From assembly GCF_009914755.1 (NCBI RefSeq), contig NC_060936.1: a stretch of 64,000 nucleotides of DNA; one strand, given 5' to 3'. Position numbers and translations under genes: made by a program. The notes below the pieces were generated by a model that was given only the letters and a program-made list of their open reading frames with translations, searched no databases and had not been told where the DNA came from. The first letter of the stretch is position 1. Every line of letters starts with the position of its first letter. Shown here one piece after another: positions 56,803 through 64,000 of this stretch. This DNA comes from the human T2T-CHM13v2.0 reference genome, Homo sapiens.

Positions 56803-57617
56803 TCAAGAACACTTGATTCAACATAATCAAAAGCTCCAGAATTCTAAACCACAAAGCACAGAAGAGATGACTTTGCCTAGAAGTTTCTCCCTGCTCTTCT
56901 TTTCAACATTTCAATTTGAGCACCTGCTCAATGAAACACCCACTCATTGAGCACCTACCGTGTGTCAGGCTGCAGTAAGGATCAAAGATGAGTTAGATCC
57001 ATCCTCCATCCCTGCCTTTGAGTATCTCTCCCCACCTGTGGTATGCAGAAGTGTGAGGTGGGTTAAATCTGTTAGGTTGGTGGAAATTTGGGAAAGGCTC
57101 TGTTGAGCAAGGCTTAGAAATATGGAGATTTGACATGAACAGTCACTCAGTGGACTGGGTTAACGCTCTTATAAGTAATTTATTATTATCCACACCGATG
57201 GTGAAGGATACTATATGAGTCACAGTAATGCCATTCCTGTTTTCCGAAAGGTAGAAAGCGCATGGAAGAACAGGCATGGAAGGCTTCCAGGGGCCAGGGC
57301 CAGAAGTAGCACATGTCACTGTTCAGATTCCTTTGGCTAAAATTCAGTGTCATAACTAACTGTAAGGGAGGCTAGGAAATAAGGTCGAGCTGTGTGTTCA
57401 GGAAGAAGAGGAGAACATGGATTTTGGTAAGCAGCTAGTAGTCTCTGTCACAGAGGCCTACCAAAAATGAAAAGCTTGGTGTAGCATGTTCACACCTTAT
57501 ATTGTGTTAAAGTTATACATTTCCACATTTATCTCCCCAAGTAGGCTCTCAGATCCAGTTCAGCACCCAGGACAAGGCAGGGATATGGTAAATGCTTATT
57601 AAATGGTTTTTAAATCA

Positions 57618-57661
57618 ATGGATGGATGGATGGATGGATGGATGGATAGATGGATGGATGG
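57618..57661 (+). repeat. (GGAT)n microsatellite
   Basis: Tandem ggat. Confidence 0.9.
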
Positions 57662-58119
57662 TGAGCTTGTGTGACAGTAGTTGGCCAACAGATTCTGTTG
57701 CTTCTTGAGGCTCCTCCTGGAATGCCACATATCGATGTTGTCAATTTAGAGAAAGATGCTTGCCTTCCCGTTTGATATGGAAGGTGGGCATGCCTCCAGT
57801 ACACCTATAAACTGGATCAAATCATTTAGGCACAAGTTAACTACATTTAGCAAAATTTAGCATTTGAATTTAGATAGATTGTATAGAACCCATTCCTGCA
57901 CCCTCTGATTCTTAAACTGGTATTATCATCAGTTCTCTAACGTATGTTTTAGAAGTCGAAGAGCCACACAGAAGCCGTCCAAGTGGAGGGTCCTCCCCAT
58001 CATTGAGGCACACACTTCTAAGACCAGGAAGCCTAAGCATGCTTGGGGATTTGCAGGCAGAGGAGCTTTTCCTTCTCCAGTGACAGGCTTGTCTTGCTCC
58101 TAGGTTCAGGCAAAACCAC

Positions 58120-59610
58120 AGTAACACACTACTTCACGTCCATGAGGATGGCTATAATAAAAAGATGAATAATAACAACTGCTGGTGAGTTTGTGGAGAA
58201 ATCAGAACCCTCATAAATTGCTGGTGGGAATGTAAAATGGTACAGCCACTTTGGAAAATAGTCTGACAATCAAAGTTAAACATATGACCCAGCAATTCTT
58301 CTCCTAGGTATATGACCAAGAGAACTAAAAAACATGTACACACAAAGACTTGTACTTGAAAGTTCATAGCAGTATCATTTATAGTAACAAAAACTAGGAC
58401 ACACAAATGCCCATGAACTGGCAAATGGATAAACAAAATGTAGCCTATCCACCCAAGGAAATAGATTTCAGCTATAAAAAAGAATGAAGTACCGATATGT
58501 GTAACAATACACATTAACCTTGAAAGCATTATGCTAAGTGAAAGAACACAGACACAAAATGCCACACATTGTATGGTTCCATTTACATAAAATGTGTAGA
58601 ATAGGCATATCCATGGAGACAGAAAGTGGATTCGCGGTTGCCAAGGGCTAGGGGGAGGGAGGAAAAATGAGCAACTGCCATTGAGTGTGAAGTTTCTCTT
58701 TAGGATGATGCAAATGCTTTAAACTAGATTGCGGTGATGGTTGAACAACTCTGTGAATATACCAACAGCCACTGAACTGGACACCTTTAAAGGGTACATT
58801 TTATGGTATGTGAATTGTATCTCAATAAAGCTGTTTTTCAATGGAATTCCTAGAATTAAAAATTACAATTATGGAAAAGAAAAATCCATTGGGTGGGATT
58901 AACAGCAAACTGGAGACGGCAGAGAAAGGATCAGTGAAGTTAAAGATGGATCCAACAAAAGTAATCAAATCTAGAGAGCAGAGGATAAAGATTGGAAAAA
59001 TTTAACAGCACCTCAGAAACTAGTAGGGCGATACCAAACAAGCTAACGTTCATGTGACTGGAGTTCCACAAAAAGAAGAAAAGAAAAGCAGATCAAAAAT
59101 AGTTGAAGAAGAAAAAAAATAAAATAAAAATAGTTGAATAAATAGTGGCTGAAATTGTCTCAAAATTTGATAAAATACAATAACTTGTAATAACAGATTT
59201 AAGAAGTCCAGCAAACTCAAGTTAAAAAAAAAAAGAAAACCACACCTAGATACATCAGAGTCAAAATACTGAAAACCAAAACTGAATATCAAATCTTGAA
59301 CACTACCAAATTCAAAAGAGATTATACATTAATAAGATAATGAAGAATATTTAAATATGAATTTAGGCTAGCTTCTCGTCAAAACAATGGAGACCAAAAG
59401 AGTGATACCCAGAGGGCTGGGGCTGGGGGTGGAAAAAAAGCTATCAAACCATTCATCTATATCCAATGAAGTATCCTTCAAAAATAAGGATGAAATAAAG
59501 ACATTTTTCATAAAAACACAAGTTGAGAGAATGTCACCAGCAGAACTGCACCTCTAACAATGCTACAGGATGTTCTGCAGGCTGAAGGGAAAGGATAACA
59601 AATGGAAATG
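58120..59610 (+). mobile_element. L1MB-like 3' end (~58120-58835) followed by an old L1M ORF1 region
   Basis: L1 3' UTR motifs ending gaattgtatctcaataaagctg, then degenerate ORF1-like sequence. Confidence 0.75.
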
Positions 59611-60359
59611 CGATTAAGAATTCTTCCTAAGAACTTCCTGATGGAGTGCCGCGTATCCCTTTCTTACACAGAGAAGGAAAAAGAGACTCAGTGTCACTGC
59701 TCCAAACAGACTACTAGCCATTGACTGTTCCCTATGACTAAGTCACTACTTTTAGGATAACAGGTTTAACCTATTAATTAGTTATGATATAAATTTCATG
59801 GTTTTCAAATAGCATTTTTTAAAGTGTAATGGGGTAGAATGGACCAGAAAAGAATAAGGCAAAAACGTTCCTCTTTTAAAATTAAAAATAATATGATAAA
59901 TGCCCACGTGATAAATAATACTCATTTTAAAAACCTACTAATGAAAATACAGCTCGTTATGTTGGGCAATGTCTTACATCAATATCACCATGAACTCGTG
60001 ATATTTTAGTGTAGATAAACCAGTCTCCTTTCATTACATAATGACAGCCATGTTACTTACTGTCTTCCCTTTCCCTTTGAATGCCAGGAACACGTGGCCT
60101 GAGCCACAAGACCGCACACAACCTGGCTGGCTCTTACCTCTCTCCCTCTTGATCCCTCTGCTGCAGCCCTTAGCTTCCCCACAGGGGAAGCTCCACAGCC
60201 CAAGCATCTCCTTGCCATGGGTTCTTTTGCCTTTACTTCCTTTGCTAGACAATCCTCCAGATATCTGCATGGCTTGTTCCTTCATTTAATGCAATCTCTG
60301 TTCAAATTCATCTCCTAAGAGAGGCCTTCGCTAACCACTTAGTTACGAATAGTGATGGA

Positions 60360-60825
60360 GAATAGACGTTTCTCAAAAGAAGATATATAAACAGCCAACA
60401 AACATATGAAAAAATGTTCAGCATCACTAATCATCAGGGAAATGCAAATTAAAACCACAATGAGATAACCCACCTTACTGCTGCAAGAATGGCTATAACT
60501 AAAAAGTCAAAAATTTTACTAGATGTCGGCATGGATGTGATGAAAAGGGAACACTTTAACACTGCTGCTGAGAATGTAAACTAGTACAACCACTATAGAA
60601 AAACAGTATGGAGAGTCTTTAAAGAACTAAAAGTAGAACACCATTAGATCCAGCAATCCCACTACTGGGCATCTACCTAAAGAAAATGAAGTCATTATAT
60701 AAAAAAGACACATGCACATGTATGTTTATAGCAGCTCAATTCACAATTGCAAAGATAGGGAACCAACTTAAATGCCCATTAACTAAAAAGTGAATAAAGA
60801 AAATGTGGGATGTCTGTGTTTGAGT

Positions 60826-60865
<40 letters not shown>

Positions 60866-61210
60866 CTACTCGGCCATGAAAAGAAACAAAATAAGTCTTT
60901 TGCAGCAAATTGGATGGAGCTAGAGGCCATTATTGTAAGTGAAGTAACTCAGGAATGGGTAACTAAATATCATATGTTCTCATTCATAAGTGGGAGTTAT
61001 GCTATGAGGATGCAAAGACATAAGAATGATATCATGGACTTTGGGGACTCAGCGGGTAAGGGTGGGAGGAGGGATAAGGGATAAAAGATTACATACTGGG
61101 TACAATGTACACTGCTCGGGTGAGGAGGCACTAAAATCTCAGAATTCACCACCAAAGAACTTACCCATGTAACCAAAAGCAAAACCCCGTACCCTAAAAA
61201 CTACTGACAT
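60360..61210 (+). mobile_element. L1PB1-like 3' end with an internal (TG)n (~60825-60860)
   Basis: Same L1PB-type 3' sequence as 13086-13906. Confidence 0.85.
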
Positions 61211-62619
61211 TTTTAAAACAATTTTTAAACAATACAGATGGATTATACTGTGTACTAGAGACAATAACACCGTCCCTAGCAGCCAAATACCTGCTATGCA
61301 TGTGCTCTAGCAACGTCATACATAGGGTGGGATGGGCTTCTCTCAGCCCACAGAATGGGTAGCTTTCCAGAAAATTAGGTCTTTGTTACAGAAAATTATA
61401 GACACACTCCCCAGTAGGCCCAAATGCCTCTCACCCTGCAGCCTTGCCCCACAATGGAAGATGAAGAGATGGCACACCTGGAAACTGGACTAGAACTTGA
61501 GGTGTGTGTTTGGATCCCACCCTTACCCCTCACACAGTCTCTACAGTCAACCAGCAGAGTGGCTCTGGTACCCACATAGAGGCAACTCAGACAGCAGAAG
61601 CAGTTGCTGGAAAGGATCGAATCAGGTGCTTGGCTCCGGAAATGACGGGTGCACGTTAAGACACACTGAGAGGAGCAAATGAGCCCTGGATGCCCAGCAG
61701 CTGAGCCAGGGTGACAGAGAGACTGGGCAGGGGCTCTGATGCCAGGTTCCAAGGACAAAGGCTCGGCAGGTGGAGGGCCAAGAGGACCACAGTCCTCTGG
61801 AAGCACCTTCACCTTGTCTAAGATCCTCCCTCCACCTGCCACCTGCCTTTGGGCTGAGACCCGACCTTGCTCAGTGGGACCTTCTGTCCCAGACGAGGTT
61901 CCACATGGTCCCGGGGTGGTATTTCTCCACATCTGCTCACAAAGTATCAGGACTGTGACTGACACCACCTCCCAGTGCACTCAGCTCATTGTTCATGCCA
62001 AAGGAGCGGGCACCTCCCTCTTCATGCCTGTCTCAAGAATTACCAGAAACACAACAGCCGACAAAGTCCCTGTCCCAGGCAAAGTCAGTCCTGCCCAAAA
62101 GCAATAAAATAACGTCTTTCTTCTCCATACTCCACCTCAATTTGCTTTTCTTCTAAGAAAAGTCCCTCGGGAAGGTATAGCTGTGTTTCCCTGCAGCCTG
62201 GGGTGTAAATGCCTGATCTTGGAACCCTTCCTGAATGCGGTTTTGGGTAAGACACTGGAAAAAACTTCTGAAACTGAGAGGCCACTCCAGGGATGCCAAA
62301 GTCAAATTTGCTCTGTCCTCAGCGGACCGTTGCTGAGTTAAACCCAGTCCGGCTGGTTGTTTACTTATTGTTTACTTACCTTCAGATGCTGTAGGCTAAA
62401 CGTCCCCAGGACTTGTAACAAGGAGAGGCAACATCACAGAGGTGGGGATTGGTAACCAATCACAGAGAAGCGGCCGCCCAAACCTCTGTTGTCCTACCTT
62501 CCCTCTCCTTGAGTTAAAAAAAAAACAAAACAAAACAAAAAACAAAAAACGTCTCGGAAATTACATAGACGTCCCTCAGAGTCCCTACCCTGGAAAAACG
62601 GGGTCAACTTCCCGCACCA

Positions 62620-63270
62620 CCCTGCCCAGGCTCCCTTGGGGGTCCCCAATCCCGAAGGGTGGGAGTTCGGATGCCGCCTCCTTCACTCCCTCCCTCCTAC
62701 CACCTGTAGGAGACCAGGACCAGGTCCAGCCGGAAAACTCACCGCGCGGCCCGGGAGTCGCCATGATGTGGACGCGGACCCCGCCGGCCCGCGGCCGCGC
62801 GCTTCTGGGCAGGCTTATGCCGCCGCGGGGCTAATTCCATCGCGGCTCAGCTCCGTCCCGGCGCGCCCGCCCCTCGCCGGCTGCCGCCTCCTCCTCCCCC
62901 ATCCCTCCCGGCCGCCGGCGCCGCGCAGCCACAGCCCAGCTCTCCCCGCTGCGCCCTGGGCGCCCGGGTGCTGGGAGCGGGGCGTCGAGAATGGAGCGCG
63001 GTCCCGCGGCCGGGTTGAGTCCAGGACACACTCGGGTCCGTGGGGCTGAGGGGCGAGACAGTAAACGCTCCCTGCTCCCCCAGAGCCGGGGCAACGCCCC
63101 ACAACCTGCTTCGAGTGTAAAAATTCAGCCGGATTATCTCATGAACTGTCTGGCTGATTAGTTTCCAATCCTGCCAGCAAAACCTTCTTCCCGCCGCCCC
63201 AAAGGGTCATCCACTGCCCAAGAGTTAGCCCTGGGGCGGGAGTGGGGGCGAGCCCCTGGACGGCGGATCT
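62620..63270 (-). promoter_or_regulatory. CpG island / ANO2 promoter
   Basis: Very GC- and CpG-dense (gcgcggcccggg, ccgccggcgccgcgc) with GC boxes (ccgccc ~62866, ggggcggg ~63233). Overlaps exon 1. Confidence 0.9.
62743..62764 (-). CDS. ANO2: ANO2 coding exon 1 (MATPGPR + 1 nt)
   Basis: Minus strand reads ATG GCG ACT CCC GGG CCG CGC G|GTGAGT. This matches the ANO2 N-terminus MATPGPRDIPLL, ends in phase 1 and lies in a CpG island. Confidence 0.95.
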
Positions 63271-63697
63271 CCCACACCTGTCTCCATACTAGGTGGAGAC
63301 CAGCTGTCCTCACCTTGCCCTAGGTTAAGCAGAACAAAAGGGAGAAGAGGCAGGTAGTAAGTGCACAAGGGACCGCAAAACAGGAGGGGCTGCCAGAGGC
63401 AGGAGGAGGGGTCCATTTTATAAGAGCTCTCCCATGAGACGCTAGGAGGGTTAAGGAAGGTTGAGGGAGTAGATGATGGAAGCTCCATCCCCAGAGGGGA
63501 AGAGGAGTGCCAGCTCCCCGGGACAGTTCACGGACCTGGGCAGGGGGATGGGAGGGAAGACCTCCAAAGGGCCCTTCTGCACGATGGAATCTGCAACTCC
63601 AAGATGCACAGAAGTAAAACAAGTTCATTAATACCATGGACCCCCAAAATGAAGAAGTACTATGTTAAGGTCAAGTATGCCATTTGTGATCACTGAC

Positions 63698-63707
63698 CTT
63701 CAGGCAT
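63698..63707 (-). CDS. Possible upstream alternative first-exon coding end (MPE + G)
   Basis: Minus strand reads ATG CCT GAA G|GTCAGT; phase 1 matches exon 2 (G+AT=Asp). No other support. Confidence 0.3.
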
Positions 63708-64000
63708 GAAGATTTTCTCTCCTATATTGATAAGGTAGGCTGGTCATGATAGATCCCACTTTATAGAGAAGGAGCCTGGGGAAGCAAAGGGGAGTAAGTG
63801 ACACCACAGTCGAGGGCAGAGCAGAAGGAAAACCACAAGATGTGATGTCCCAACCCAGGCCTTTATTCCATCCACTGCAAGTACTACCAGCTAATGCTTC
63901 TACAGGACTTCCTCTCCACCCAACACCCTTCTCAGTGCTTTCCCTATGGTAGTTATTTTAATCCTAACAATAAGTATATGAGGCAATCACTGCAGTGTGC

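Overview
Human/primate genomic DNA holding the 5' end of ANO2 (TMEM16B, Ca2+-activated chloride channel) on the minus strand. A CpG-island promoter sits at ~62.6-63.3 kb. Coding exons 1-3 lie at 62743-62764, 40224-40408 and 38644-38970; all have GT/AG boundaries and join in frame to give residues 1-178. Everything left of 38644 is intron 3. The rest is intron packed with Alu, L1, L2, MIR, LTR and DNA-transposon relics plus microsatellites, and almost all ORF-track entries are spurious. I see no new protein-coding system. The most unusual structure is a ~4.2 kb near-perfect palindrome in intron 1 (arms ~46085-48087 and 48681-~50309, 593 bp spacer). Each arm carries a purine/pyrimidine-asymmetric 74-bp higher-order VNTR (21 vs 16 copies) plus ~357 bp of ~99% identical non-VNTR sequence. 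Next most interesting is a candidate alternative first exon in intron 2 (MDPENLP, in frame with exon 3) with an RFX X-box and a FOX site upstream. Also noted: a sense-oriented solo LTR12C, a three-tier nested L1 with a twin-priming inversion, an old inverted duplication inserted into a MIR, and a 40-bp-stem hairpin. Repeat subfamily names come from visual recognition, and their edges are approximate unless target-site duplications (TSDs) are given.
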